A stretch of DNA of 61,587 nucleotides. Source: Burkholderiaceae bacterium. GTDB lineage: Bacteria; Pseudomonadota; Gammaproteobacteria; Burkholderiales; Burkholderiaceae_B. The position numbers were made by a program, and so were the translations under genes. Positions within the stretch are counted from its first letter, which is position 1; each line of letters opens with the position of its first letter. Below, one piece after another: positions 1 through 9,687 of this stretch. The notes under the pieces were generated by a model that was not told the DNA's origin, did not search any database, and worked only from the letters and a program-made list of their open reading frames with translations. The stretch spans positions 1 through 61,587 of the forward strand of contig SKIZ01000124.1 of the NCBI GenBank assembly GCA_007116135.1, read 5' to 3'.

Positions 1-2
1 CC

Positions 3-647
3 TTTCCATCAGGCTTGTACGGCGTGACCCCAGACTGGGATCAGAGGCAAACGCTCGAGCATGCCGTGCGACTGGCCGCCAAAGGCGGCATGACAGCCCT
101 GCAGTTGCGCCAAAAGGCCGCTAACAGCTCACTGCGCCGCGAATTGGCTGAACATTTGCTGCCGATCTGCCGGCAAGCCGGAGTCGCTCTCATCATCAAC
201 GATGACTGGCGACTCGCGCAGGCCATCGGTGCCGATGGCGTGCATTTAGGACGCGATGACGATGATCCCGCGATGGTGCGCGCCGCACTGGGACCCAACA
301 TGTACCTGGGCGTGTCGTGTTATGGCGATTTGGATCGCGCCAAGGATATGCTGGCACTGAACGTTGACTACGTCGCCTTTGGTGCGATGTTTGCCTCGGG
401 CACCAAACCACAAGCGCCGCCCATCGCGCTTGGCGTATTGACACAAGCACGCGCACTCGTAGACGACATCGCCCCGCAAGCCGGCGTGGTTGCCATCGGT
501 GGCATCACCACCGACAATGCAGCAAGTGTGCTGCAAGCCGGCGCCGACTGCTTAGCTGTTGTTGGTGGGTTGTTTTTGAGTCCTGATATCGAGCAGACCG
601 CGCGCCAATTTAGCGCGCTCGTGGCCGCAAGCCCCAAACGACAGTAA
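3..647 (+). CDS. thiE: Thiamine phosphate synthase (5'-partial; frame open to window edge)
   Basis: Motifs LYGVT, LQLRQK, LIINDD, ADGVHLG, GVSCY, DYVAFG, SGTK, VAIGGIT. No stop upstream of the TTG at 15, so the true start is probably outside the window. Confidence 0.9.
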   Translation, partial: FPSGLYGVTPDWDQRQTLEHAVRLAAKGGMTALQLRQKAANSSLRRELAEHLLPICRQAGVALIINDDWRLAQAIGADGVHLGRDDDDPAMVRAALGPNMYLGVSCYGDLDRAKDMLALNVDYVAFGAMFASGTKPQAPPIALGVLTQARALVDDIAPQAGVVAIGGITTDNAASVLQAGADCLAVVGGLFLSPDIEQTARQFSALVAASPKRQ

Positions 648-677
648 ACAGACGCTAAAAGCAGAAGGAAATTCAAC

Positions 678-1964
678 ATGTCCCGTAACGCTGAGCTATT
701 CGAACGAGCCTGTCGCAGTATCCCAGGCGGTGTGAACTCACCGGTGCGCGCATTTCGATCAGTCGGGGGAACTCCCCGGTTTGTGGCGCGCGCCCAAGGC
801 CCTTACTTTTGGGATGCCGAAGACAAACGCTACATTGATTACATCGGCTCTTGGGGGCCGGCCATTCTCGGACACGCCCATCCCAAGGTGGTCAAGGCCG
901 TGCAAGACGCAGCCGTGCACGGACTGTCCTATGGTGCGCCCACCGAGGCGGAGATCCGCATTGCTGAGCTACTCATCGAGCGCATGCCAAGCATGCAACA
1001 GGTGCGTCTGACTAGTTCAGGCACTGAGGCCACCATGAGTGCGATTCGTCTGGCGCGCGGCGCGACCGGGCGCAACAAGATCATCAAGTTTGAAGGTTGC
1101 TATCACGGCCATGCCGATAGCCTCTTGGTTAAAGCAGGCTCGGGCCTGTTGACCTTTGGCAACCCGACCTCAGCCGGTGTGCCAGCCGAGTTTGTGGCCC
1201 ATACGATCGTGCTCGATTTCAACGACAGCCAAGCCGTGGTTCAAGCGTTTGAAGCACACGGCAACGACATCGCCTGTGTGATTGTTGAGCCCATGGCCGG
1301 CAACATGAACCTGGTCAAACCAGCCAGCGGCTTTTTGCAGACCTTGCGCGACCAGTGCACAGCGCACGGGGCGGTTCTGATCTTTGACGAGGTGATGACC
1401 GGATTTCGAGTCGGCCCCCAGGGCGTGCAAGGCATCACGGGCGTCACCCCTGACCTGACGACCTTGGCCAAAGTCATCGGTGGTGGCATGCCGATTGGCG
1501 CCTTTGGTGGGCGCAAAGACATTATGAGTCACATCGCGCCACTAGGCGGGGTCTACCAGGCCGGCACCTTGTCTGGCAACCCAGTGGCTGTGGCCGCCGG
1601 CATCACCACGCTTGAGTTGCTTGGTGAACCAGGCTTTTATGACCAATTAAGCCAACAGACCAACAAACTGACTGCCGGTCTGTGCTCGGCGGCACAGCGC
1701 CATGGCATCGACTTTAGCGCTGACTCAGAAGGCGGCATGTTTGGTATCTATTTCAGTAAAAGCATTCCAACGACCCTAGACGACGTCTCGGCAAGCAACA
1801 TCGAACAGTTCAAAGCCTTCTTTCACGCCATGCTTGATCGCGGCGTTTATTTTGCGCCATCGGCCTATGAAGCCGGTTTCGTCTCCTGTATGCACGATGA
1901 TGCCGTCATTGAGGCCACCGTTGAGGCAGCAGACGCAGCGTTTGCAAGCCTGGCAAAAGCATAA
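678..1964 (+). CDS. hemL: Glutamate-1-semialdehyde 2,1-aminomutase
   Basis: [38 protein letters not shown] (PLP Lys), [10 protein letters not shown]; SD AAGGA upstream. Confidence 0.97.
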   Translation: MSRNAELFERACRSIPGGVNSPVRAFRSVGGTPRFVARAQGPYFWDAEDKRYIDYIGSWGPAILGHAHPKVVKAVQDAAVHGLSYGAPTEAEIRIAELLIERMPSMQQVRLTSSGTEATMSAIRLARGATGRNKIIKFEGCYHGHADSLLVKAGSGLLTFGNPTSAGVPAEFVAHTIVLDFNDSQAVVQAFEAHGNDIACVIVEPMAGNMNLVKPASGFLQTLRDQCTAHGAVLIFDEVMTGFRVGPQGVQGITGVTPDLTTLAKVIGGGMPIGAFGGRKDIMSHIAPLGGVYQAGTLSGNPVAVAAGITTLELLGEPGFYDQLSQQTNKLTAGLCSAAQRHGIDFSADSEGGMFGIYFSKSIPTTLDDVSASNIEQFKAFFHAMLDRGVYFAPSAYEAGFVSCMHDDAVIEATVEAADAAFASLAKA

Positions 1965-1985
1965 GGCGCCAACCAGAGGACAACC

Positions 1986-3212
1986 ATGGCCGTCAATCTC
2001 GTTATTCCAGCGCGTCAAGATATCCACCCCGTCGCCGGCGTTGATATCGGTGTCGCGAGCGCCGGTATTCGCAAACAATCAAAGACCGATCTGACGGTCT
2101 TTCGTTTGGCACCGGGCAGCGCCGTGGCGGGCGTCTTTACCACCAACCGGTTCAGAGCGGCGCCGGTCATCGTCTGCGAGCAGCATTTGACTGCCCATGC
2201 CAATATCGGCGCGCTGATCGTCAATACCGGCAACGCCAACGCCGGCACCGCCGCTGATGGGCTAGCCAAAGCACAACGCATGTGCGAAGCCACCGCGCGT
2301 GCGCTTGGCCTTGATGCCAAAGCGGTCTTGCCGTTTTCGACTGGGGTCATCATGGAGCCCCTGCCTATTGAGCGCATTGAGGCTGCGATCCCCAACGCCA
2401 TCAGTGCACTGGGGCCAGACCAATGGTTTGATGCGGCCCACAGCATCATGACCACCGACACCCTACCAAAAATCTACTCCAGGCAGCTTCAAATTGGCGC
2501 AAAGACTGTGACCATCACGGGCATCAGCAAAGGCGCAGGCATGATTCGACCCAACATGGCCACCATGCTGGGCTATCTGGCCACCGATGCCGGGGTTGCC
2601 CAGCCTTTGTTGCAAAGCATGATGGCTGAGATCGCCAACCAATCGTTTAACCGCATCACCATCGATGGCGACATGTCGACCAACGACTCCTTTATCATCA
2701 TGGCCACAGGTCAAGGTGCTTTGCAAATACAAGATGCAAACGACCCCCATTTGGCAACGTTAAAGTCGGCCTTGACCGAAGCGGCCAAGGACCTGGCTTG
2801 TAAGATCGTGCGTGACGCCGAGGGCGCCACTAAGTTCATCACCGTGACCGTGCAAGAGGCAGCCAACGAAACCGAAGCGCTTAAGGTCGCTTATGCCATT
2901 GCGCACTCGCCGCTGGTCAAAACGGCTTTCTACGCCAGCGATCCCAACCTGGGTCGGATTTTGGCGGCCATTGGTTATGCAGGCATCGAAGACCTGGACG
3001 CAAGCCAAGTGCAACTGTGGTTAGGCGACGTGTTGGTGGCCACGGCTGGTGGGCGTGACGCGAACTATCAGGAAGCTGACGGTCAGCGCGTGATGCAGCA
3101 AGCCGAGATTGTTGTACGCGTCTCGCTGGGCCGTGGCGCCGTCAGCCAAACGGTCTACACCAGCGATTTTTCTCATGAGTATGTCAGCATTAACGCTGAC
3201 TACCGTTCTTGA
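1986..3212 (+). CDS. argJ: Bifunctional ornithine acetyltransferase/N-acetylglutamate synthase
   Basis: [29 protein letters not shown] (autocleavage Thr), STND, PNLGRI, C-terminal NADYRS. Confidence 0.96.
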   Translation: MAVNLVIPARQDIHPVAGVDIGVASAGIRKQSKTDLTVFRLAPGSAVAGVFTTNRFRAAPVIVCEQHLTAHANIGALIVNTGNANAGTAADGLAKAQRMCEATARALGLDAKAVLPFSTGVIMEPLPIERIEAAIPNAISALGPDQWFDAAHSIMTTDTLPKIYSRQLQIGAKTVTITGISKGAGMIRPNMATMLGYLATDAGVAQPLLQSMMAEIANQSFNRITIDGDMSTNDSFIIMATGQGALQIQDANDPHLATLKSALTEAAKDLACKIVRDAEGATKFITVTVQEAANETEALKVAYAIAHSPLVKTAFYASDPNLGRILAAIGYAGIEDLDASQVQLWLGDVLVATAGGRDANYQEADGQRVMQQAEIVVRVSLGRGAVSQTVYTSDFSHEYVSINADYRS

Positions 3213-3223
3213 CCATCAAAACC

Positions 3224-4105
3224 ATGTCACAAGACTCTTCTAGCCGCGACCTCGGTGAATTGATCGAGCGAGCCAATGCTGTTCTGACCCAACTACAAGC
3301 CTGGTTACCGCCGGCACCGCCGCCGGTGAACTGGCAAGCGCGCGCCTTTCGCTGGCGCAAGCGTGGCACCGCGCACGGCTGGCTTGATGCCATTAACCAC
3401 CCACATCGCATCACCACCGAAGACTTGCAACACATCGAGCGCCAAAAGGCGATTATCGAGCGCAACACGCGACACTTTATCGAACACAAGCCCGCCAACC
3501 ACGTACTGATGACCGGTTCGCGCGGCACAGGCAAGAGCTCCCTGGTCAAAGCCATGCTGGCCCAGTTCGGTGACCAGGGACTTCGCTTGATCGAAGTCGA
3601 CAAGTCAGACCTCAGTGACCTGGCAGACATCGTTGACTGCGTGGCTGATCGGCCTGAACGATTCATCGTCTTTTGTGATGACCTGTCATTTGAAGAAGGT
3701 GAGTCCGGCTATAAGGCACTGAAGTCTGTGCTTGACGGGTCGGCTGCAGCAACCGGCGAGAACGTGCTGATTTACGCCACATCAAACCGTCGTCACCTCA
3801 TCCCGGAGTACATGAGCGAGAACCTGCAGGCGCGCCACCAGGCAGACGGGGAAGTCCACCCGGGCGAGTCGGTCGAGGAAAAGATCTCGCTATCGGAGCG
3901 CTTTGGCTTGTGGCTGTCGTTTTATCCGTTTAAACAAGACGACTATCTGGATATCGTGGCGCACTGGTTGCGCGAGCTTGGCTGCTCAGAGGCCTCTATT
4001 GAACAGGCGCGCACCGAGGCGCTGCAGTGGACGCTTGAGCGCGGTTCACGCTCGGGTCGTGTGGCGTGGCATTTCGCAAGGGATTGGGCCGCGCGCCATG
4101 CCTGA
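3224..4105 (+). CDS. DUF815-family AAA+ ATP-binding protein
   Basis: Walker A GSRGTGKSS, FCDDLSFE, YATSNRRHL, EEKISLSERFG, RSGR. Usual position downstream of argJ. Start could be the TTG at 3209. Confidence 0.88.
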   Translation: MSQDSSSRDLGELIERANAVLTQLQAWLPPAPPPVNWQARAFRWRKRGTAHGWLDAINHPHRITTEDLQHIERQKAIIERNTRHFIEHKPANHVLMTGSRGTGKSSLVKAMLAQFGDQGLRLIEVDKSDLSDLADIVDCVADRPERFIVFCDDLSFEEGESGYKALKSVLDGSAAATGENVLIYATSNRRHLIPEYMSENLQARHQADGEVHPGESVEEKISLSERFGLWLSFYPFKQDDYLDIVAHWLRELGCSEASIEQARTEALQWTLERGSRSGRVAWHFARDWAARHA

Positions 4106-5063
4106 ACCGATTGTCGATGTGGCCGTCGGTGTGCTGATTGACCCGCACGGCCAGGTGTTGCTTGGCCAGCGCCCAAGCGGCAAGCCTTGGGCTGGCTGGT
4201 GGGAGCTGCCCGGTGGCAAACTGGAGGCCGGCGAAACGGTGCTTCAAGCCCTCAATCGTGAGTTGCACGAAGAGCTTGGCATCGATGTTCAGCTCGCCAC
4301 GCCTTGGGTGACCTATGTGCACCACTATCCAAACACAACCGTGCGTCTGTCCTTTTGTCGTGTCACTGCCTGGCGTGGACAACCCGAAAGCCGCGAGCAA
4401 CAGCAATTAGCGTGGGTCAGTCTAGAAGATGCGCTAGCGCGCTCAGACTTGTTGCCCGCAACGTACCCACCACTTCGATGGTTACGTATCCCTGAGCGCT
4501 ACCTCATTTCGTCAGCCGGTCAGGCCTGGGGCTTTGATGCGTTCGTGGCGCGTCTAAAACGCGCACTCGACCAAGGCATCAGCTTAGTGCAGTGGCGTGA
4601 ACCGGCCTGGCAAGAACAAGACGCGGGTTGCGCCTTGCGCCAAGCGTTTCATAACGTGCGTGCGCTTTGTCACGAGGCCGGCGCGCAGCTCATGATCAAT
4701 AGCGTGCATGACCGCGACTTATGGTCTTTGGCCGATGGCGTTCATCTGCGCAGCCAAGATGCCGCAGCACTGCAAGAGCGCCCAGCCGAGTTAGAGCGGC
4801 GCTGGTTGGCCGTGTCTACACATGACCAAGCCCAACTCGATCACGCACGCAAGCTGCAAGCCGATTTTGCAGTGCTTGGGCCAGTTTTGCCAACGGCATC
4901 GCATCCGGGCGCACCAACCTTGGGTTGGGATGCCTTTGAGCGTTTGACACTACATGCAGGACTACCGGTATTTGCGATTGGCGGACAACGCAGCGATCTT
5001 TTGCTGCATGCCCAATCAAGGGGGGCTCACGGGGTTGCCGGCATCCGCGAGCTCATCGACTGA
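4098..5063 (+). CDS. Nudix (MutT-like) hydrolase fused to a C-terminal thiamine-phosphate-synthase-like domain
   Basis: Nudix box WELPGGKLEAGETVLQALNRELHEELG; C-terminal ADGVHL, STHD, PTASHPG, VFAIGG. ATG at 4098 overlaps the upstream stop. Confidence 0.9.
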   Translation: MPEPIVDVAVGVLIDPHGQVLLGQRPSGKPWAGWWELPGGKLEAGETVLQALNRELHEELGIDVQLATPWVTYVHHYPNTTVRLSFCRVTAWRGQPESREQQQLAWVSLEDALARSDLLPATYPPLRWLRIPERYLISSAGQAWGFDAFVARLKRALDQGISLVQWREPAWQEQDAGCALRQAFHNVRALCHEAGAQLMINSVHDRDLWSLADGVHLRSQDAAALQERPAELERRWLAVSTHDQAQLDHARKLQADFAVLGPVLPTASHPGAPTLGWDAFERLTLHAGLPVFAIGGQRSDLLLHAQSRGAHGVAGIRELID

Positions 5064-6497
5064 CCAGCCACCACCTAAAGCGGCAACCAGACGAACACTG
5101 GCGCCTAACCGATCGCCCATGACATTGATGGCATTTCGTTGATTGTTGTAGAGATTGGTCTCAATCACCGCCACACTCAAATAATCCACCAGCCCCTGCT
5201 CGTACTGGTTGCGCCGAATGCGCAATGACTCGCGGCCAGCGGCAACTGCCTGTGCTTGAGCCTGCTGCACCTGAGCCAAAAAGTGCAACTGCACCAGTGC
5301 ATCTTCGACCTCCTGCAAGGCGCGCAATGCGGTCAGCCGATAGTTCGCTGCCTGGGCCCGAAACCCAGCCTCAGCCTGCTCGATCTGCGCCTGGCGCCGC
5401 CCGCCATCAAAGATCGCCAGAGCCAGCGCTGGGCCAAGCGCCCAGAACTGGGCTGGCGCACTGAACCATTGCGCAAACTGGCGCGAGCGGTAACCACCTG
5501 TGGCCGAGATCGTTAGCTCAGGAAACCACGCAGCCGTTGCAACCCCAATCTGTGCATTAGCCGCCGCCGTGCGCCGCTCGGCTGCGGCAATATCAGGACG
5601 TCGTTGCAACAAGGTGGAGGGCACCCCCACAGGAATCAGCGGTGGCTCTATGGCAAACGAGGGGCGTGGTGGCAATGAGAAGCTCGCTGGCGTTTGCCCA
5701 AGCAACACCGCCACTGCGTTCTCAAGCTGGGTTCGGCGCCACTGCACGTCATAACGCTGCGCGCGTGAGCTCTCTAGCTGCGTCTTGGCTACCGCCACAT
5801 CACCCGGGTCATTCAAACCGGCCTGGGCCAAGTTTTGTGTCAGCTTCAGTGAGCGCTCATGCGCATCAATGGTGCGATCGAGTAATTCGATTTGTACATC
5901 GAGCACCCTGACCTGAAAGTAAGTGCTCGCCAGCGCCGTTTGTGCACTGAGCCGCGCGCCAGCCAAATCAGCCGCACTGGCTTGGGCTGTGGCTTGTGCT
6001 GATTCGCTGCGGCGCGCGACTGCACCCCACAAGTCAACTTCCCAACTCAAGCCCAGATTGCCGGCAAACTCGGTAAAGGGTCCTGTGCCCGCAGCCACCA
6101 CCGGTGTGCCCGGCAGCACAATCGCCGTATCGGCACGCGTGACATCACCAGTCAGGCCAACCGTGGGATAGAGCGCTGCGTTGGTCTGGCGCACCGTGCT
6201 TAGCGCTTGCTCGTATTGCGCCTGGGCCTGCTCGATGCTTAGGTTTTGTGCGTTTAAGTCCACCATCAAGGCGTCAAGCGCGGGGTCAGCAAATATGAGC
6301 CACCAAGGCTGCTGCGAACCTGCGTAGGACGGTGCGGCTGGCACCCAGCCGGGGTTGGCTTGGTCTTGCTCGAAAAAGGCGCCTAGATCAAGCGCTGGGC
6401 GTTCATAATCAGGCCCAACACTACAGCCGGCTAACGCCGCGATGGCCAGCGCACTGACAGACAACGAACGCAGCGCCTGGCTCAGGAAACGTGGCAT
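5016..6497 (-). CDS. NodT/OprM-family RND efflux outer-membrane lipoprotein
   Basis: Lipobox LAGC-SVGPDY, WEVDLWG, PSTLLQRRPDIAAAER, C-terminal LVAALGGGW. Confidence 0.92.
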   Translation of the reverse strand: MPRFLSQALRSLSVSALAIAALAGCSVGPDYERPALDLGAFFEQDQANPGWVPAAPSYAGSQQPWWLIFADPALDALMVDLNAQNLSIEQAQAQYEQALSTVRQTNAALYPTVGLTGDVTRADTAIVLPGTPVVAAGTGPFTEFAGNLGLSWEVDLWGAVARRSESAQATAQASAADLAGARLSAQTALASTYFQVRVLDVQIELLDRTIDAHERSLKLTQNLAQAGLNDPGDVAVAKTQLESSRAQRYDVQWRRTQLENAVAVLLGQTPASFSLPPRPSFAIEPPLIPVGVPSTLLQRRPDIAAAERRTAAANAQIGVATAAWFPELTISATGGYRSRQFAQWFSAPAQFWALGPALALAIFDGGRRQAQIEQAEAGFRAQAANYRLTALRALQEVEDALVQLHFLAQVQQAQAQAVAAGRESLRIRRNQYEQGLVDYLSVAVIETNLYNNQRNAINVMGDRLGASVRLVAALGGGWSVDELADAGNPVSPP

Positions 6498-6515
6498 GAA
6501 CTTGCCCCAAAAAAA

Positions 6516-7268
6516 CTAGAGCGCGCACAGAGCGAAACGAAACGGCACGTCACGCTGGACATGCTGCGGTTTGGACTGCCCGATTTGCTCGGAAAACCGC
6601 ACCCAGGCCATGTATTTGTTGGCGCTCATTTCAGGAAATACACCGATGGCAGGGTCAAGCCAGACGCGCAACAACTGATAGGTTTTGCCACCGAGCATCT
6701 GTTGATACGCACCTTGTTGGGCCACGGCGTGCTCTTGCTCACCGGATTGACGCAGCAGTCGCATCACCAGTGAAATGCCTTGATCCAACGGCAAAAGCGG
6801 CTCAATCCATTGCTGTAAATCGGCGCACCGAACGGCCTCATCCTGGCATTGCCATGCATGAAACGAAGGCATATCGACTTGAGTACCACCACCGGCCACC
6901 GCCAAGCGGCCTCGCAGACTGGTTAGCCAATCATTGTCGCGCAGGCTTTGGCCTGTTCGACCAACCACCGAGAGCGCCACATACGCGCGGTCGATCTCCT
7001 CGATCACCTCACTGAGGGCCTGAGTATTTACACCTGGGTGATCAGCTAGCGCACCAAGCGCGACTTTCTGTCGTTCAAGATCTTGCAAGACACCACCTTT
7101 GGCGTCGGTGCGCTCGGTGGCGTCAAGCACATCAAATAGCGCACTAAGTGCGACTTGATGCAGCCGTGCGTCTGCTGGCTGGGAGAAGTACTTCAGCCGA
7201 TCGAGCAGATATTCCAGGCGCATCCAAGTCCTGACTCGCTCGTTAAACGGGTATTCAAAGCGCATCAC
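6516..7268 (-). CDS. zapD: Cell division protein ZapD
   Basis: FEYPFNERVRTWMRLE, GGT...D.PSFHAW, FPEMSANKY; follows coaE. Confidence 0.93.
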   Translation of the reverse strand: MMRFEYPFNERVRTWMRLEYLLDRLKYFSQPADARLHQVALSALFDVLDATERTDAKGGVLQDLERQKVALGALADHPGVNTQALSEVIEEIDRAYVALSVVGRTGQSLRDNDWLTSLRGRLAVAGGGTQVDMPSFHAWQCQDEAVRCADLQQWIEPLLPLDQGISLVMRLLRQSGEQEHAVAQQGAYQQMLGGKTYQLLRVWLDPAIGVFPEMSANKYMAWVRFSEQIGQSKPQHVQRDVPFRFALCAL

Positions 7269-7296
7269 GGTCGCGATGCCAGTGCGGGTTTGTGTC

Positions 7297-7899
7297 TCAT
7301 TTGTCTAGGTTACACCACTGCCGATGCAAACCCAAGACCTGCTCGCTAAGCGCCTCGCATGATACATCTGCCCCGTTGTCGATCACATCATCGGCGCAGG
7401 CCAACCGCTTTGCGCGCGAGGCCTGCACACCCATGATCTGCTCGATGCGCTCGCGACTCAGACCACTTCGTTGCATGACGCGTTGCACTTGGGTCTCGGG
7501 TTCACAGTCAACCACACAAATACGATCGACCCGTTCGCGCCAGCGCCCCGACTCCACGAGCAGCGGCACCACAAACACCACGTACTGCCCACTAGCGACG
7601 GCGCTAGCCTGCTGCACCACTTGCCCAATCAACGGGTGCAAGATCGCTTCGAGCTCACGGCGCGCTTGCGGCTGCTCAAACACCAAGGCACGCATGAAGT
7701 CGCGATCCATCGCGCCGTCAGCGGCAATGGCCTGCTCGCCAAACGCTTGGCGAATCGCCTCGATGGCTTGCCCGCCTGGGGCAGTCAGTGCATGAGCGAT
7801 TTCGTCGGTATCGATTACCGTGGCGCCAAGCGTGGCGAGCTGGTTGGCCACTTGCGTCTTACCCGAGCCGATTCCACCGGTTAAACCTATCTTAAACAT
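7297..7899 (-). CDS. coaE: Dephospho-CoA kinase
   Basis: IGLTGGIGSGKT, LEAILHPLI, VPLLVES, ADDVIDN. Confidence 0.96.
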   Translation of the reverse strand: MFKIGLTGGIGSGKTQVANQLATLGATVIDTDEIAHALTAPGGQAIEAIRQAFGEQAIAADGAMDRDFMRALVFEQPQARRELEAILHPLIGQVVQQASAVASGQYVVFVVPLLVESGRWRERVDRICVVDCEPETQVQRVMQRSGLSRERIEQIMGVQASRAKRLACADDVIDNGADVSCEALSEQVLGLHRQWCNLDK

Positions 7900-8638
7900 A
7901 TTTTAGAAGCATCGCTGCGCTGGCGCCGAGCGCCAAAAAGGGACCGAAAGTCACGATTGAGTGCCACCGAGCGGTCATGACCCATGAAACGGCAGTATAG
8001 ACAAGCACACCAGCACAAGCCACCAACCAGACCACCGGCAAACTCCCAAGGCCAAGCCAAGCACCAAGTGCGGCCAAAAATTTAGCGTCACCCTGCCCAA
8101 TGGCGATGGTGCGGTGGCGCCACTGATGCCAAGCATTAACGCCCGCGGGCAACGCCCAGCCCACCAAAACACCCCAAACATAATCCGGTGGCGGCAAGCC
8201 GTGCGCCAGAACCGGTCCCTGCCACAACAACCCCCCTAGCAACAACGCCAGCGTTAACTCGTTGGGCAAGATCGCGGTCTGGGCATCAATGAGCCCCAAA
8301 AGACCGAGCAAAGCCAACCACAAGAGCCAGACAAGCCGCGCGCTGTCAGACAGGGGCATCAACAAATACAGAGCCCAGGCACTCGCGAGATACCAAACCA
8401 GGAACCACTGCTGCACCGTGCGCCAGCGCCTAGCTGGCCCAAGCCATGACGAGCTCCCGAGCTCACGGCGCAAGTACCCACAAAACCAATGGCTCAAAGC
8501 AAGCACCGCGCCGGCCAAGGCGAGGCTCAATCCAACCCATCCAATTGGAAAATGGCGATCGACCTGGTCCAACAACCCGAGATTGATCGAATGTGCGTAG
8601 AATAAAAGCCACTGACCTAACTGCCCGATTGATGTCAT
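7892..8638 (-). CDS. A24 prepilin peptidase (PilD-like) without the N-terminal Cys/Zn domain
   Basis: Multi-TM protein with catalytic Asp motifs LID...LPN and IGQGDAKF and C-terminal FGPFLALG. Upstream of coaE as pilD usually is. Start uncertain. Confidence 0.82.
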   Translation of the reverse strand: MTSIGQLGQWLLFYAHSINLGLLDQVDRHFPIGWVGLSLALAGAVLALSHWFCGYLRRELGSSSWLGPARRWRTVQQWFLVWYLASAWALYLLMPLSDSARLVWLLWLALLGLLGLIDAQTAILPNELTLALLLGGLLWQGPVLAHGLPPPDYVWGVLVGWALPAGVNAWHQWRHRTIAIGQGDAKFLAALGAWLGLGSLPVVWLVACAGVLVYTAVSWVMTARWHSIVTFGPFLALGASAAMLLKYV

Positions 8639-9341
8639 GAACACTCGAACCATCCCCCTTACGCTTAAATCATCTGCCAGCGCCGTGTTACTGGCATTAC
8701 TAGGCGCCGGCTGTGCTCAGACAGAGGCACCGGGCTACTTCAACCCGCCGGCGGCGAGCACCACGCAAGACGCCATCCGAATGGCTGAAGGCGGTGTGAC
8801 CCAAAGAACCGTGCACGCGCCTGCGCAAATTCAGATCAAGCTGCGCGGTGAGCCCCTGCCACAAGCCGCTGATGCGTCAGCCGATGGTTTGACCGAAGCG
8901 GGCAAAGAACAACTTGAACGCCAGATCAACGAGGAGCGCGCCAGCCCAGGCGGATTGTTTCCCAGACCTGAGACCTTTTTTGGGACGCTGCCGTGCTTTC
9001 ATCAGGACATGCGTTGCACCGCCCAGCAAGTCACTCTAACGGTCGCGCCCAATCGACGCTGGCGTGCCCGTGTGCAGTACCTCGACGGCCAGCAAGGCAG
9101 CAGCGGCCAAGCGATGACCGAACAAGGCTGCTGGCGTAGTCTGGCCATGCAGCCGCCACGCGTTTTGTTGATGGACGGCGAACAAAATATCCGCGCTGAG
9201 TTCACTGTCACGGCTTACGATGTCTTGCGTTTGCGTTCAATCGATGGCGAGGCGGTGAACCTGACCTACACATTGAACCGCCAGCCCGACCTCGATCCGA
9301 TTAGTGAACTCGACGGACAACCGCAGCCCAACTGCCTCTAG
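8637..9341 (+). CDS. Lipoprotein with NlpE N-terminal-like domain
   Basis: Lipobox LGAGC; segment ETFFGTLPC...C..Q.VTLT resembles the NlpE G.LPCxxC core. Confidence 0.7.
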   Translation: MNTRTIPLTLKSSASAVLLALLGAGCAQTEAPGYFNPPAASTTQDAIRMAEGGVTQRTVHAPAQIQIKLRGEPLPQAADASADGLTEAGKEQLERQINEERASPGGLFPRPETFFGTLPCFHQDMRCTAQQVTLTVAPNRRWRARVQYLDGQQGSSGQAMTEQGCWRSLAMQPPRVLLMDGEQNIRAEFTVTAYDVLRLRSIDGEAVNLTYTLNRQPDLDPISELDGQPQPNCL

Positions 9342-9616
9342 GATTGGCTTGGATCAGCCTGTGAAGGCGCTCGATGCGCCAGTCGCTGTGCCAGTTCGGG
9401 GTCAGCGTATACCGCCCGGGCGAGTTGAACGGCGTTGCGCACACCCATTTTTTTGAAGATCCTCGAGCGGTGCGCCTCGACGGTGCGCATCGAGATGCCA
9501 AGCTCCATGGCAATGAGTTTATTTGCCTTACCTTCGGTCACGGGGTAGAGCAATTCGCGCTCACGGGCCGTCAGTGCCTGCCAACCCAATTGATCAACGT
9601 TCCTGGCTATTTTCAT
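9338..9616 (-). CDS. Stand-alone LuxR-type HTH regulator (FixJ/DctR-like DNA-binding domain only)
   Basis: LTARERELL...EGKANKLIAMELGISMRTVEAHRSRIFKKMGV; strong SD GGAGG 4 nt before the ATG. Confidence 0.85.
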   Translation of the reverse strand: MKIARNVDQLGWQALTARERELLYPVTEGKANKLIAMELGISMRTVEAHRSRIFKKMGVRNAVQLARAVYADPELAQRLAHRAPSQADPSQS

Positions 9617-9671
9617 GCTGCCTCCATACAGTATGGTTGGCAGTCTCTCAAAGCTCCGAAGACAGGGAAAG

Positions 9672-9687
9672 CTGTCAAATCTGACAG
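9672..9687. promoter_or_regulatory. Lux-box-like palindrome CTGTCA-N4-TGACAG
   Basis: Perfect 6-bp inverted repeat with CT-N12-AG geometry in the panC/LuxR-HTH intergenic region. Confidence 0.45.

Noticed and set aside
3903-4097. N-terminal extension of the Nudix ORF
   Set aside because: Overlaps the DUF815 gene; recognisable sequence starts at the ATG at 4098.
15-5063. Two ThiE-fold proteins within 5 kb as a novel thiamine module
   Set aside because: The MutT-ThiE fusion after argJ/DUF815 and the thiE-hemL pair are both familiar arrangements.
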